Positions 36,996-48,286 of a stretch of DNA of 64,000 nucleotides are shown here, piece after piece. The stretch covers positions 8,013 to 72,012 of the forward strand of contig JBLYPX010000001.1 of NCBI GenBank assembly GCA_048538235.1, in the 5' to 3' direction. The DNA comes from Candidatus Komeilibacteria bacterium (GTDB lineage: Bacteria; Patescibacteriota; Patescibacteriia; UBA1558). Both the position numbers and the translations under genes were made by a program. The notes below the pieces were generated by a model, which did not search any database, had not been told where the DNA came from, and saw nothing but the letters and a program-made list of their open reading frames with translations. Every line of letters begins with the position of its first letter. Position 1 is the first letter of the stretch.

Positions 36996-37829
36996 TTAAT
37001 TTATCTCAACCATTTCGCGTAATAATTCAATCTTAATAGTCTTTTTTGTCTTAGTATCTATTTCTAAATAGATAGCATTAATTTCTGCTTTACCTGTTTC
37101 TGGTGCTTTAAAAACAATCTTAGATTTGTTTAAGAATCTATCTATAATAGTATCTTTTTCTATTCCTAGGACAGATTCATAAGCGCCAACCATACCAACA
37201 TCTGTTATATACCCAGTACCCTTTGGCAGTATTTGAGCATCGGCTGTTGGAATGTGTGTATGTGTTCCCCAAACAGCAGATACTTTTCCATCTAAGTACC
37301 AACCAAGAGCCCTGGCTTCACTTGTGTACTCAGCGTGAAAATCTACCAGGCTAATATCTACCTTTTTATATTCTTCTAGTTTTAGTAATTCATCTACGGC
37401 TGTAAAAGGGGATTGGACTTTATTTTCTGGCGTATCGTCTACACCGACCAGCACCATTCCATCTTCTGCCAACAGATTAGCAGTGAATATTTTTATTCCA
37501 TCTATGGTAAATAGTCCATAACCTTGACCCGCTGGTGTGCGTGGATCATTGTGTGGAGTTATTAAATTATATTCAGCTTTTTGAGCTAAATAATTAGCAT
37601 CTTCTTTTCTCCAAACATGATTACCAGAGGTCATGATATTAATTCCACTATCTACTAATTCTTTTAATGTTTTGTCTGTAACTCCTTTGCCATGAGCTAG
37701 GTTTTCAACATTAGCAATTAATACATTTGGTGAGTATTTTTTTTGCCATACAGGAATAATATGAGCAACAGCACTGCGCCCAATTTTTCCCATAATATCT
37801 CCAAAGAAGATTATTTTTACTTTACTCAT
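36996..37829 (-). CDS. ymdB: YmdB-like metallophosphoesterase (2',3'-cyclic nucleotide phosphodiesterase family)
   Basis: VKIIFFGDIMGKIGR, GNHVW, HAEYTSEA, WGTHTHIPTAD motifs; downstream of rny as in Firmicutes. Confidence 0.8.
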   Translation of the reverse strand: MSKVKIIFFGDIMGKIGRSAVAHIIPVWQKKYSPNVLIANVENLAHGKGVTDKTLKELVDSGINIMTSGNHVWRKEDANYLAQKAEYNLITPHNDPRTPAGQGYGLFTIDGIKIFTANLLAEDGMVLVGVDDTPENKVQSPFTAVDELLKLEEYKKVDISLVDFHAEYTSEARALGWYLDGKVSAVWGTHTHIPTADAQILPKGTGYITDVGMVGAYESVLGIEKDTIIDRFLNKSKIVFKAPETGKAEINAIYLEIDTKTKKTIKIELLREMVEIN

Positions 37830-37843
37830 AGCTTTAGAGTTAA

Positions 37844-39370
37844 TTATCTTGCGTATTCAGTGATTCTAGTTTCACGAATAACATTAACTTTAATTTCACC
37901 AGGATATTTTAATTCTTGTTCAATCTTATCTGCAATATCTCTAGCTAGTTTTAGAGCTTGGTAATCATCTACCTTTTCAGGTGTGACAAATACTCTAACT
38001 TCACGACCAGCTTGAATAGCATAACATTTATCTACGCCTTCAAAACCAGTAGCTACAGATTCTAATTCGCCCAATCTTTGAATATAGTTTTCATAACTAT
38101 CTTTTCTAGCACCAGGTCTTGCTCCAGAAATTGCATCAGCTACTTTACAAATAACACCCTCTAAAGTCTTAGGAGCGTCTTCGTGGTGAGCAATACAAAG
38201 GTAAGCTACTTCTTCTGGTAAGCCAAATTTCTTTAAAATGTCATAACCAATTTCAGGGTGACCACCTTGTACTTCTTGGTCAACTGCTTTACCAATGTCG
38301 TGAAGAATAGCACCTTTTTTACAAATATTAACATCAGCGCCTAATTCTTCAGCAAGTAGAGTAGATAATTTAGCTACTTCAATAGCATGCATTAACTGGT
38401 TTTGACCATAACTAGTACGATACTTAAGTCTTCCTAAAAGCATAACTAGTTTTGGATCAAGTCCTGTAATACCAAGATCATATAATGCATCTTCACCAGC
38501 TTTTTTAATATCTACTACTAAATCTTTTTTAGCTTCTTCTACAACATTTTCAATTCTACCTGGATGGATACGACCATCTGAAATTAATTTATCTAAAGTT
38601 CTTTTAGCTAAATGTCTACGAATAGGATTAAAGCCAGATACTAAAATAGCTTCTGGTGTGTCATCTACAATGATTTCAACACCTGTTAATTTTTCAATAG
38701 CTCTAATATTTCTACCCTCTCTACCAATAATTCTACCCTTCATTTCATCTGAAGGTAGGGTAACTACAGTAGTAGTTGTTTCCATGGCATGAGAGTGTGA
38801 AACACGTTGAATAGCAGTACTAAGGATTTCCTTAGTTCTGTTTTCTATTTCTTCAGTTGATTCATTTTGTAGCTTTCTAATTCTACCAAGTAAATCATCT
38901 TTCATTTTCTCTTCAGTATTCTTGAAAAGAATCTCTTTTGCTTCATCAATAGATAACTCAGCTATTTTTTCAAGTTTAGCTAATTGATCTTCTTTGATCT
39001 GGGTAATTTCTTTCTTTAATGCCTCAACCTGCTTAGCTTTGTTGTATAGTTTTTGTTGTCTACTTTCTAAGTCTAATAGTTTTTGGTCAAATAGACCCTC
39101 TCTTTTTTCTAGTCTCTTTTGTAAATGGTTAACTTCCTTTCTTCTTTCATTAGCTTCTTGTTTACCATCCTCAATAATTTTAATAGCTTTCTCATTAGCT
39201 TCAAGTAAAACTTGTTTTTGTTTGGTTTTTGCTTCAGTTATGATGTCATCTGCTCTCTTTTCAGCTGAATCAATTGATCTTAGACCAATAAATTTACGTA
39301 AGATGAAACCAACTATTGTACTAGCAACCGCTACTACTATTAAAGCAATAATCCAGAATACGCTGTTCAT
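37844..39370 (-). CDS. rny: ribonuclease Y
   Basis: N-terminal TM, coiled coil, KH domain (GRIIGREGRNIRAIE), HD domain (HAIEVAKL...ILHDIGK). Confidence 0.9.
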   Translation of the reverse strand: MNSVFWIIALIVVAVASTIVGFILRKFIGLRSIDSAEKRADDIITEAKTKQKQVLLEANEKAIKIIEDGKQEANERRKEVNHLQKRLEKREGLFDQKLLDLESRQQKLYNKAKQVEALKKEITQIKEDQLAKLEKIAELSIDEAKEILFKNTEEKMKDDLLGRIRKLQNESTEEIENRTKEILSTAIQRVSHSHAMETTTTVVTLPSDEMKGRIIGREGRNIRAIEKLTGVEIIVDDTPEAILVSGFNPIRRHLAKRTLDKLISDGRIHPGRIENVVEEAKKDLVVDIKKAGEDALYDLGITGLDPKLVMLLGRLKYRTSYGQNQLMHAIEVAKLSTLLAEELGADVNICKKGAILHDIGKAVDQEVQGGHPEIGYDILKKFGLPEEVAYLCIAHHEDAPKTLEGVICKVADAISGARPGARKDSYENYIQRLGELESVATGFEGVDKCYAIQAGREVRVFVTPEKVDDYQALKLARDIADKIEQELKYPGEIKVNVIRETRITEYAR

Positions 39371-39663
39371 ATTAAAAATTCCTTCTAATAGATAGAAAGA
39401 TAAGATAATAGATTGTACGAGAAAATTAGCTAAGTAATGTTAGCTTGTGAATATTCTTTCTTAGAATAGTTCTATATGAGTTAGTAATAGCTCTATTTGT
39501 TGTCATATTGAATGAATTTCTTTGAATTTCTCGTGTCTAATCTTTCTTATCCCTATCTGTAATTATCTTAAATTAGTAAATTCATACTAACATAGAGTTT
39601 AAAAATAATCAAGGATAATAAAAAACCGCTTATTTTCTGTTTAAACGGTTTTTTAATATATAT

Positions 39664-40239
39664 TTATTTTATAATTTTATCTGCTAGACCGTATTTTATA
39701 GCTTCTTCAGCTGTTAAATAATAGTCTCTATCTGTATCTTTTTCAATTTTATTTGTTGTTTGACCAGTGTGTTTAACTAAGATGCTATTGATTCTATCCT
39801 TTATTCTTAATATGTGTTCAGCTCTTATCTTAATATCTACTGCCTGTCCCTCAGCACCACCCATTACTTGATGAAGCATAACCTCTGCATTTGGTAAGAT
39901 AAATCTTTTATCTTTAGCACCAGAAGCAAGTAAGACAGCAGCCATTGAACTAGCTGTTCCTACACAAATAGTAGAGACGTTTGCTTTCACATATTGCATA
40001 GTGTCGTAGATTGCCATACCAGCTGTAACTGATCCTCCCGGGGAGTTAATGTATAGCTTAATATCTTTTTTACTATCCTCGCTATCTAAAAAAAGCATTT
40101 GAGCGATAATAGCATTAGCTACATCATCTGTTACGGCTGTACCTAAGAATATTATTCTTTCTTTTAAAAGACGTGAATAGATATCGTAAGCACGTTCACC
40201 ATAATTTGTTTTTTCTATTACTGTTGGTATCAAATGCAT
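39664..40239 (-). CDS. clpP: ATP-dependent Clp protease proteolytic subunit
   Basis: [34 protein letters not shown] (Ser), MLHQVMGG (His). Confidence 0.9.
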   Translation of the reverse strand: MHLIPTVIEKTNYGERAYDIYSRLLKERIIFLGTAVTDDVANAIIAQMLFLDSEDSKKDIKLYINSPGGSVTAGMAIYDTMQYVKANVSTICVGTASSMAAVLLASGAKDKRFILPNAEVMLHQVMGGAEGQAVDIKIRAEHILRIKDRINSILVKHTGQTTNKIEKDTDRDYYLTAEEAIKYGLADKIIK

Positions 40240-40256
40240 AATATTAGTATTAAAAA

Positions 40257-41219
40257 TTAAATTATTTTAACTTCATTGTCATTATATGCCAATTTTCCTT
40301 TGATGACAAAACCAGCTGCTTTTTTGTGACCACCACCACCAAGCTTCTGTGCTAGGGCGCCAACATTCACATCATCCCTGGTTGTTCTAAGACTACCTTT
40401 TATATATCCACCAGGAACTTCAACTAGTACTAGAGTAAAGCGGGCATCATTTAAACTACTTAGGAAATTAGCTAATCCATTTAAACCACCCTCATCTAAT
40501 TTATGGTTTATGAAATCCTGTTCAGTAATATATGTAGTAGCAGAGCCAACTTCTTTATTTAGAATCAATCTTTCCATAGCAACACCCCAAAGATTTAATA
40601 GATCTTTAGTTTTATTCCTGGTATTGTATTGGGATATCTTATATATATTAGCTCCAAACTTCATTAGTTCACTAGCTATCTTTAAAGTATTGTCTGAAGT
40701 AGCGGGGTTAGTAAGCATGCCAGTATCCGTCATAATGCCATTAAGTAGGGAAGTGGCTACAGTTTTGTTCATTGGCATCTGCCAATGTCTTAATAGTTCA
40801 TACACTATTTCACAAGTAGAGCTACTTTCATGGTTTACATAATTAATATCTCCATAGTTTGGATTAGAACTATGGTGATCAATATTTATTAATGTAAAAT
40901 TATATTCTAATGATTCAATAATTTTATCTACACCAGCATAGGGTAGACTACCAGAATCTAGCACTATAATTAAATCGTGCGGCACGTTTGTAATAACCTC
41001 AGGATCTGTTTGTAATTCATTAATATGTGGTAGCCAGTCAAAACTATCTGGGGCGCTAGTTACACAAAAAAGAGTATATTTTTTTTGCCAATGAGTTAAT
41101 GCATTAGCAAGTCCTGTTCCAGCACCTAAAGTATCTCCGTCAGGGTTTTTATGACAAATAACAGCTATGTTATTAGCTGCTTGAATTTGCTCTTTAATTT
41201 TGCTACTAATAGATTTCAT
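40257..41219 (-). CDS. nrnA: DHH-family phosphoesterase (NrnA-like oligoribonuclease / pAp phosphatase)
   Basis: [31 protein letters not shown] motifs, DHHA1-like C-terminal GGGGH. Confidence 0.75.
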   Translation of the reverse strand: MKSISSKIKEQIQAANNIAVICHKNPDGDTLGAGTGLANALTHWQKKYTLFCVTSAPDSFDWLPHINELQTDPEVITNVPHDLIIVLDSGSLPYAGVDKIIESLEYNFTLINIDHHSSNPNYGDINYVNHESSSTCEIVYELLRHWQMPMNKTVATSLLNGIMTDTGMLTNPATSDNTLKIASELMKFGANIYKISQYNTRNKTKDLLNLWGVAMERLILNKEVGSATTYITEQDFINHKLDEGGLNGLANFLSSLNDARFTLVLVEVPGGYIKGSLRTTRDDVNVGALAQKLGGGGHKKAAGFVIKGKLAYNDNEVKII

Positions 41220-41286
41220 AAGTTAGTTATAATAGCTCACTTATCTATATCTGTCAATACAAAAAACACCCCTATGTTTTGGGGTG

Positions 41287-41616
41287 TTAATTTTTAGCTA
41301 ACTCTCTATCTATTTTTCTGCTTTCTAATTCAGTGCTATCTATTTTAAATTTTATCTTAGGCGCTTTCCTTATTTGTAATGTTTTATTTAATTTATGCTG
41401 TATGTCTCTTAATTGAGAAGTGAGTTTCTTTAAAACAGTTCCTTGTTTATTAATAGGTAATATACTTAGTGTTACAAAGGCCCAACTTAAATCTGGAGTT
41501 ACTTCTACTCTTGTAATAGTAGCCATTGTATCTCTAGGCCATTCAACGTCTTGTATGAATATTAGGTTTAGGTTTTGTTGAACTAAAGCGTTCAATTTGT
41601 TTGTTCTCTCTGACAT
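41287..41616 (-). CDS. rbfA: ribosome-binding factor A
   Basis: ATITRVEVTPDLSWAFVTLSILP conserved RbfA core; directly downstream of infB. Confidence 0.8.
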   Translation of the reverse strand: MSERTNKLNALVQQNLNLIFIQDVEWPRDTMATITRVEVTPDLSWAFVTLSILPINKQGTVLKKLTSQLRDIQHKLNKTLQIRKAPKIKFKIDSTELESRKIDRELAKN

Positions 41617-43601
41617 TATTTTGTTTCTTCTTGGAAGAATTCTAAAGTATCGTCTACTTGTATAATACCCCTACCCTCATATTTAATACCACATTCTTGT
41701 CCAGACATAGCTTCTTTTACTATTTCTTTATTACATTGCAATTCTGTAATAGTTCCGTAATCTACAATTTCATCATTACGTATAATTTTAACTAAAGAAT
41801 TATTTAATATTTTACCCTTAGTAACCTTACCACCGATTACCATAGAATTTTTAGTAGTTTTAAATATTGCTAATACTTTCATTTCACCCAATTGAACACG
41901 TAATTGTTCTTGGATTTTTATCTTATCTAGTGCAGCTGTAACATCATCTATTAGATTATATATAATTTCATAAGATTTGATTTCCAGATTATTATCCATA
42001 GCTTGTAATTCAGCAGACTTAGCAGCTTTAACATGAAAGCCTGCTAGGAAAGCCTTTGCATTAATAGCCGCCATAACATCTACGTCTGTAATATTTCCAA
42101 GACCAGCTTTAATAATTTTTACTTTAGCTTTATCTGTACTTAGCTTTTCTAATGCTTCAATAATAGCTTCTTGTGAACCAACCACATCTGTTTTTAATAT
42201 TATTGGTAGGGTTGGTATTTTTTCTTCTTCATCATCATTACTACTTTGAACAGCTGCTGAAGATATTTTACTCATTGGCCTATTATGCTTCTGTTCTTTA
42301 TGTTTCTTCTTAAGTAATTTAAGATCATTTTCAACCTCTAATACATCACCAACCTCAGGTGCTTCTTTAAGCCCAAGAATTTTAACTGGCTTAGAAGGGC
42401 CTGCGTTTTCTAGATTATTATTGAACTCATCCTTAATAGCTTTTATTTTACCAATAACATGTCCAACTATAATATTATCTCCTACATTTAGAGTACCAGT
42501 TTGTACAAGTAGGGTAGCGACTGGGCCTTCATTTTTATCTTTGTGGGCCTCAATAATAGTACCAGCTGCCTGACCAGTTGGGTCAGATTTTAATTCTTCC
42601 ATATCTGCAATTAATAGCACCATTTCAAGTAGAGTATCTAAATTAGTTTTTTGTTTAGCAGAAATTGGTACACAAATTGTTTTTCCACCCCAATCTTCTG
42701 GTAATAGGTTTATTTCAGATAGCTGTGTTTTAATCCTATCTTGATCAGCATCTTCCTTGTCTACTTTATTTATAGCTATAATAAAAGGAATATTTTCATT
42801 CTGACAAAGAGTAATAGATTCAATAGTTTGAGGTTGTAAGCCATCATCTGCAGCTACAATAACAATAGCAATATCTGCAATCTTACTACCACGAGAACGC
42901 ATTGCTTTAAAAGCTTCGTGACCAGGTGTGTCTAAGAAAGTTATTAATCTATCATTTAATCGTGCTTGGTAAGCACCAATATGTTGAGTAATACCACCAG
43001 ACTCCGTGTCAATAACATTAGTCTCTCTTAAAGCATCGAGTAGTTTTGTTTTACCATGATCAACGTGTCCCATAACAACAACTACCGGAGGTCTGTCAGC
43101 CTTACCACCCTTTTCTTTAATAATATCTTTTATCTTCTTATCTTGTTTTTCTACTTTAGTTTGATCTTGTTCTTCATCGGACAAATGTTCAACTTTAAAT
43201 CCTAAATCTTCACCAATAATAGTAGCGGTATCAAAGTCAATCGCTTGATTAAGATTGCCCATAATACCATTCTTCATTAATTCAACCATTAATCTATTAA
43301 CAGGAATATTCATTTTCTCAGCAAATTCTCTAACAATAATAGTATTAGGTATTTTTACAGATTTTTCTAATTCTTTTTTATCCTTATCTTTATCTCCTAA
43401 TTTAACTTCAGTAATTTTCTCAGCATCAATTTGCATCTGTTGCTTTCTTTTAAGATCTGCCCACGCATGAATAATTTTATCTACCAATTTGTCGTCAACT
43501 TTAATAGCTCTTTTACCAATGTCAAAACCAAGTTCTGGTAATTTATCCAAGAGCTCTTTAGTTGGCACTTTTAATCTTCTTGCTAGTTCTGTAACATTCA
43601 T
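41616..43601 (-). CDS. infB: translation initiation factor IF-2
   Basis: GHVDHGKTKLLD, DTPGHEAF, NKVDK G-domain motifs; 661 aa. Confidence 0.9.
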   Translation of the reverse strand: MNVTELARRLKVPTKELLDKLPELGFDIGKRAIKVDDKLVDKIIHAWADLKRKQQMQIDAEKITEVKLGDKDKDKKELEKSVKIPNTIIVREFAEKMNIPVNRLMVELMKNGIMGNLNQAIDFDTATIIGEDLGFKVEHLSDEEQDQTKVEKQDKKIKDIIKEKGGKADRPPVVVVMGHVDHGKTKLLDALRETNVIDTESGGITQHIGAYQARLNDRLITFLDTPGHEAFKAMRSRGSKIADIAIVIVAADDGLQPQTIESITLCQNENIPFIIAINKVDKEDADQDRIKTQLSEINLLPEDWGGKTICVPISAKQKTNLDTLLEMVLLIADMEELKSDPTGQAAGTIIEAHKDKNEGPVATLLVQTGTLNVGDNIIVGHVIGKIKAIKDEFNNNLENAGPSKPVKILGLKEAPEVGDVLEVENDLKLLKKKHKEQKHNRPMSKISSAAVQSSNDDEEEKIPTLPIILKTDVVGSQEAIIEALEKLSTDKAKVKIIKAGLGNITDVDVMAAINAKAFLAGFHVKAAKSAELQAMDNNLEIKSYEIIYNLIDDVTAALDKIKIQEQLRVQLGEMKVLAIFKTTKNSMVIGGKVTKGKILNNSLVKIIRNDEIVDYGTITELQCNKEIVKEAMSGQECGIKYEGRGIIQVDDTLEFFQEETK

Positions 43602-43702
43602 AATTTTTACTTAAAACTGATATAAACAGTACTTTATTTTAGCCTCTTTGTCAATAATATTAAACGTTGGTATAATAATCTTGTAATTATTATATATTAT
43701 AT

Positions 43703-44743
43703 ATGTCAATGAATTCATTGTTACAAGCAGCGGTTAAAAATAATGCATCAGATTTACATTTAATTGCTGGTCTTAAACCATATATTAGAATAGATGGTCA
43801 CTTACAGCCATTGGATAAAGAATCTGTTATTTCTGCAGCTAAGTCTAAAGAGCTGGCTTTTTCCATTATGGACACAGAACAGAAGAAAAGGTTTGAAGAA
43901 CAGAAAGATTTAGATTTTTCTTATGAAACAGAAGATGGTTCAAGATTTCGTATCAATGTACATTATGAGAAGGGGAATGTTGGATTAGTGGCTAGGGTTA
44001 TTAATGCAGATGTGCCTTCTTTAGAAGATCTATTAATGCCACCAATTGTCAGTGAATTAATTCGTGAACCCCAAGGTTTAATATTATTAACTGGTCCAAC
44101 TGGTTCTGGTAAGTCAACGTCCCTTGCTGCTATGGTAGGAGCTATTAATAGAGAGAGGGCAGTACATATCGTAACTTTAGAAGATCCAGTTGAATATTTG
44201 CATAAGCCAGATAAGAGTATAATTATTCAAAGAGAATATGGTCAGGACTTTTTAGATTTCAGCAGTGGCCTAAGACATGTTTTAAGGCAAGATCCAAATG
44301 TTATTATGGTTGGAGAGATGAGAGACTTAGAAACAATCGGCCTAGCTTTAACATTAGCTGAGACTGGCCACTTAGTATTAGCTACACTTCATACACAAGA
44401 TGCTGCTCAAACAATTGATCGTATTGTAGATGTATTTCCGCCACATCAACAGAATCAGATTAGGTTACAATTATCTTTTGTTTTGAAGGGAGTTATTTCA
44501 CAACATTTAGTTGATGCAGCTGCTGGTGGCAGGATTGCAGTTAGAGAAATAATGGTAAGTACTCCAGCTATTGCTAATATTATTAGAGAGAATAAAGTTG
44601 CTCAGATTAAAACAGCTATTCAAACTTCTTCAGATAAAGGAATGTTTACAATTGAACAAGATTTGAAGAGATTGGTTGAAGATGGAACAATTACAAAAGA
44701 TATAGCAGAGATATACGCTAAGTATATTTCATTTGATGATTAA
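43703..44743 (+). CDS. pilT: type IV pilus retraction ATPase PilT
   Basis: ASDLHL, Walker A LLTGPTGSGKSTSL, Asp box, His box TLHT; 346 aa. Confidence 0.85.
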   Translation: MSMNSLLQAAVKNNASDLHLIAGLKPYIRIDGHLQPLDKESVISAAKSKELAFSIMDTEQKKRFEEQKDLDFSYETEDGSRFRINVHYEKGNVGLVARVINADVPSLEDLLMPPIVSELIREPQGLILLTGPTGSGKSTSLAAMVGAINRERAVHIVTLEDPVEYLHKPDKSIIIQREYGQDFLDFSSGLRHVLRQDPNVIMVGEMRDLETIGLALTLAETGHLVLATLHTQDAAQTIDRIVDVFPPHQQNQIRLQLSFVLKGVISQHLVDAAAGGRIAVREIMVSTPAIANIIRENKVAQIKTAIQTSSDKGMFTIEQDLKRLVEDGTITKDIAEIYAKYISFDD

Positions 44744-44891
44744 TAATTAAAACCCCATGCTTGATGATCCGGTAAAGATTGCCGCTTTTTTGGTAACCTT
44801 TGCAATAGTATTTTATGCGGTAGCATTTTCAGTAAACGGGCTGCCTACGCTGTAAATAAAACAAAAAAACTACTCTTGATAAGAGCAGTTT

Positions 44892-46166
44892 TTATTTATT
44901 CTCAACTAGTTTATATAGTTTATCTGACTTCCTAACTTTTTCTTTTATTGGTATGGAGATTATATATCCAGGCTTTGCTTTTTTAACCTTCTTATCATCT
45001 AATCGTATTTCTTTAACCTCTGTTTCTATTACACCTGTTGTTGGTCCAATTATATATACTTTATCTTTAACTGCGACTGTATCTGCTTCAACTTTAAATT
45101 CAGCAACTTTTAGATTATCAAAATACTTTTGTCCCTTAGCTACATATACTTTTTTGTATTTAGCTTTAGAACCATAAGCATCACTCCATTTACCCAGTCT
45201 GCGTCCTAAATAATAACCATCCCAAAAACCTCTATTAAACACAGTAGATAATTTTTCTTTCCATTTTTTAGCTTTAGCCTTGGTATATTTACCAGCTAAG
45301 TAAGCATTTACCGCTTCTTTGTAACAAGTTGTTACTGTTTTGACATATTCAGGAGGACGAGCCCTGCCTTCAATCTTTAATATATTTACACCAGCATCTA
45401 AGATTTGATCTAAGAATTCAATCGTACATAAATCTTGAGGTGACATTATATATTCATTATCTATTTCTAACTTATCTCCTGTTTCTAAATCTTTTAATTC
45501 ATAGCCCCTCCTACAAACTTGTAAACAAGCACCACGGTTTGCTGAATGATTATATGTATGTAAACTCATATAGCACTTACCAGATATGGCCATACAAAGA
45601 GCACCGTGTATAAATATTTCAATTTTAATTAATTCACCAGAAGGACCAGTAATTTTTTCTTTTTTAATCTGATCAGTAATATCTTTTACTTGTTTAAGAT
45701 TAAGTTCTCTAGCTAAAACAATAACATCTACAAATTGAGCATAGAATTTAACAGCTTCAATATTGGAAATATTTAGTTGAGTAGAAGCGTTTACTTGAAC
45801 ACCAACAGAATGAGCATAGTTCATTACAGATTGGTCTGAAGCAATAATAGCCGTTACTTTATTTTTCTTAGCAGCATCCACCAGTTTTTTCATACTATCC
45901 ATTTCATGGTCATAGATAACTGTGTTAACCGCTAAATAAGTATCTACTTTAGCCTTATTACAAATTTTAACAATCTCTGCTAAATCATCTACTGTAAAAT
46001 TAGCAGTAGATCTAGAACGCATATTAAGATTACCAATGCCAAAATATACAGCATCAGCGCCTGTTTGAATTGCTGCTTGCAAAGTTTCGTATGACCCAAC
46101 TGGGGCTAGTACTTTAATATCCTTTTTCATATTATCCAGATTAGCATCTAATTTATAAAAAAACAA
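44892..46166 (-). CDS. peptidase U32 family protein
   Basis: N-terminal LAPVGSYETLQAAIQTGADAVYFG and ExxxAR motif characteristic of U32 family. Confidence 0.8.
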   Translation of the reverse strand: MFFYKLDANLDNMKKDIKVLAPVGSYETLQAAIQTGADAVYFGIGNLNMRSRSTANFTVDDLAEIVKICNKAKVDTYLAVNTVIYDHEMDSMKKLVDAAKKNKVTAIIASDQSVMNYAHSVGVQVNASTQLNISNIEAVKFYAQFVDVIVLARELNLKQVKDITDQIKKEKITGPSGELIKIEIFIHGALCMAISGKCYMSLHTYNHSANRGACLQVCRRGYELKDLETGDKLEIDNEYIMSPQDLCTIEFLDQILDAGVNILKIEGRARPPEYVKTVTTCYKEAVNAYLAGKYTKAKAKKWKEKLSTVFNRGFWDGYYLGRRLGKWSDAYGSKAKYKKVYVAKGQKYFDNLKVAEFKVEADTVAVKDKVYIIGPTTGVIETEVKEIRLDDKKVKKAKPGYIISIPIKEKVRKSDKLYKLVENK

Positions 46167-46188
46167 CCAAGTAAATGGTTGAAATTAG

Positions 46189-46264
46189 TGGTACCCCCAG
46201 TAGGACTCGAACCTACGACCGTTTGCTTAAGAGGCAACTGCTCTACCAACTGAGCTATGAGGGC
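46189..46264 (-). tRNA. tRNA-Lys (anticodon CTT), CCA encoded
   Basis: Reverse complement folds as cloverleaf: acceptor GCCCTCA/TGGGGGT (two G-U), D arm GCTC-AGTTGGTA-GAGC, anticodon loop CTCTTAA, T arm GTAGG-TTCGAGT-CCTAC, 3' ACCA. Confidence 0.85.
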
Positions 46265-46307
46265 ACGTAACGCAAATATTCTATATAATTTACGAGAAAA
46301 AATCAAG

Positions 46308-46384
46308 TGGTACTCCCGGTAGGATTCGAACCTACAACCTTCTGGTCCGAAGCCAGACGCTCTATCCAGTTGAGCTACAGGAGC
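46308..46384 (-). tRNA. tRNA-Arg (anticodon TCG), CCA encoded
   Basis: Reverse complement: acceptor GCTCCTG/CGGGAGT (one G-U), D arm GCTC-AACTGGATA-GAGC, anticodon stem TCTGG/CCAGA with loop CTTCGGA, T arm GTAGG-TTCGAAT-CCTAC, ACCA. Confidence 0.85.
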
Positions 46385-46510
46385 TAAAGTTCATGCTAAA
46401 TACTAGTATATTTTAGTGATTAAGTCAAGGTTGTTTGCAAAGATTTTATTATTGTTATAAGGTGTTATGAAGATTTGTACATAATTAAAAAATAGCAAAA
46501 GGAGGAGATA

Positions 46511-46969
46511 ATGCGTGATCCAGAGTTACATTTGGGCGTACCAGATTGGCACCACCATCATTCTCACAAGGTGACCGTAGATGAGGACCGCAAGGATTAC
46601 CTACGACTTCGCGGCAGTGCGGTTGTTGTGGAAATATTCTTAAATCCACAAACGATATCTGCTGCATACAAGTGGCTTGTGAAATGGAAGGTGGTTCAAG
46701 TTCATCAAATACAGGAAGTAACTGGTCAAAGGTGCTTTTCAGATGATGATCTGAAATCTGCCTTTGGTCTGTCTACAACCTCAGGTGAACACGGAGAGTG
46801 GATGATTAGCAGATTTGGTGCAACCGTTGCTGAACAGGCCAAATATATCCGCTGGCGGGATTATCTAAATATTCCTGGTCCGGGTATCGGTCATGACGGT
46901 GACCCAAATGTATCTATTTTACTGTCTGATGAGATCAAATGGGCAGTACGTAACTTGCTAGAAATATAA
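46511..46969 (+). CDS. hypothetical protein, markedly higher GC, strong RBS (AAAGGAGGAG)
   Basis: 152 aa; HHHH stretch near N-terminus; terminator agctagagt-gtaaaa-actctagctttttg at ~46978..47010. Confidence 0.45.
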   Translation: MRDPELHLGVPDWHHHHSHKVTVDEDRKDYLRLRGSAVVVEIFLNPQTISAAYKWLVKWKVVQVHQIQEVTGQRCFSDDDLKSAFGLSTTSGEHGEWMISRFGATVAEQAKYIRWRDYLNIPGPGIGHDGDPNVSILLSDEIKWAVRNLLEI

Positions 46970-47054
46970 AGGAGAATCAGAGCTAGAGTGTAAAAACTCT
47001 AGCTTTTTGTTATTATTTGTTTTTTATTACAATAAATGATATTTTAGTATTACT

Positions 47055-48089
47055 ATGACAAATGAAGAGGACAAACAAAGAATGGTTAGCGGTGTATCTC
47101 AGAATGGAGATAATATTTTAGATTTAACCTTAAGACCAAAGACTTTAGAGGAGTTTGTTGGTCAGAATAAGATTAAAGATAGTCTTAATGTGTTTATGGA
47201 AGCAGCAGCTCAGCGTAAAGAACCAATTGAGCATGTTTTGCTATATGGACCTCCTGGGCTTGGTAAAACAACCCTGGCACATATAATTGCTAAAAAGTTA
47301 AATACCAACATTAGAGTTACATCTGGTCCAGCCATTGAAAAGGCTGGCGACTTAGCAGCTATACTTACAAATTTAGAAGAAGGGGATATATTATTCATTG
47401 ATGAGATTCATCGTTTGAATAAATTGATTGAAGAGGTTTTGTATCCAGCTATGGAAGACTATGCTTTGGATATTATTATTGGTAAAGGCCCTTCTGCTAG
47501 AACCTTAAGATTAGATTTGCCAAAGTTTACAATTTTAGGAGCTACTACTAGATACAATCTATTATCTTCTCCTTTAAGAGATAGGTTTGGTATGACTTAC
47601 AGACTAAACTATTATGAGCCAGGAGATATTGCACAGATTGTAAATAGATCTGCTAAGATTCTAGACATAGCAATAGACGATGAATCATCTAAAGCTATTT
47701 CTCATCGTTCTCGTTTAACACCAAGAATTGCAAACAGATTATTAAAAAGAGTTAGAGATTATGCTCAGGTAAAAGGTGATGGTCAAATAGATAAAAAGAC
47801 AACAGATAGTGCACTAGATATGATGGAAATAGATACAGTTGGTTTAGATTCAATAGATAGAAGAATATTAGAGATAATAATAGACAAATTTAAAGGGGGT
47901 CCAGTTGGACTTAATTCAATAGCAGCAGCAACAGGTGAAGAGATGGGCACTATTGAAGAAATATATGAACCATTTTTAATGCAATTAGGACTTATTGTTC
48001 GTACGCCTCGTGGTAGAGTGGTTACAGAAGAGGGGTATAAACATTTAAATAGAGAAGTACCAGAAGGTCATCAAAAGAAACTAGTTTAA
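47055..48089 (+). CDS. ruvB: Holliday junction branch migration helicase RuvB
   Basis: Walker [15 protein letters not shown], Walker [11 protein letters not shown], sensor and winged-helix regions. Confidence 0.9.
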   Translation: MTNEEDKQRMVSGVSQNGDNILDLTLRPKTLEEFVGQNKIKDSLNVFMEAAAQRKEPIEHVLLYGPPGLGKTTLAHIIAKKLNTNIRVTSGPAIEKAGDLAAILTNLEEGDILFIDEIHRLNKLIEEVLYPAMEDYALDIIIGKGPSARTLRLDLPKFTILGATTRYNLLSSPLRDRFGMTYRLNYYEPGDIAQIVNRSAKILDIAIDDESSKAISHRSRLTPRIANRLLKRVRDYAQVKGDGQIDKKTTDSALDMMEIDTVGLDSIDRRILEIIIDKFKGGPVGLNSIAAATGEEMGTIEEIYEPFLMQLGLIVRTPRGRVVTEEGYKHLNREVPEGHQKKLV

Positions 48090-48100
48090 GGAGGGAATTT

Positions 48101-48262
48101 TGATCGTTGTAAAAAGAAATATTGCACTTAAGCCAAAAAGACTTGGCAAAAAGTTATCCCGAGATAAACACTCTTGGGGAAACGGAGAAGGAATAGTAGA
48201 TATTCCTAGTAAGAAAAAGCTATATAAACCTTTATATAAGGAATTAAAAAAACACCTATGAA
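48101..48262 (+). CDS. small basic protein (53 aa), TTG start, hypothetical
   Basis: AAGGAGGG SD 5..12 nt upstream of TTG; LIVVKRNIALKPKRLGKKLSRDKHSWGNGEGIVDIPSKKKLYKPLYKELKKHL; followed by hairpin acaccta...taggtgt. Confidence 0.25.
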
Positions 48263-48286
48263 AAGAACAATTTGTAGGTGTTTTCT

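Noticed and set aside
44757-44855. 32-aa hydrophobic ORF after pilT
   Set aside because: It is too short, has no SD, and could be a chance ORF in the pilT 3' region. It is not reported as a gene.
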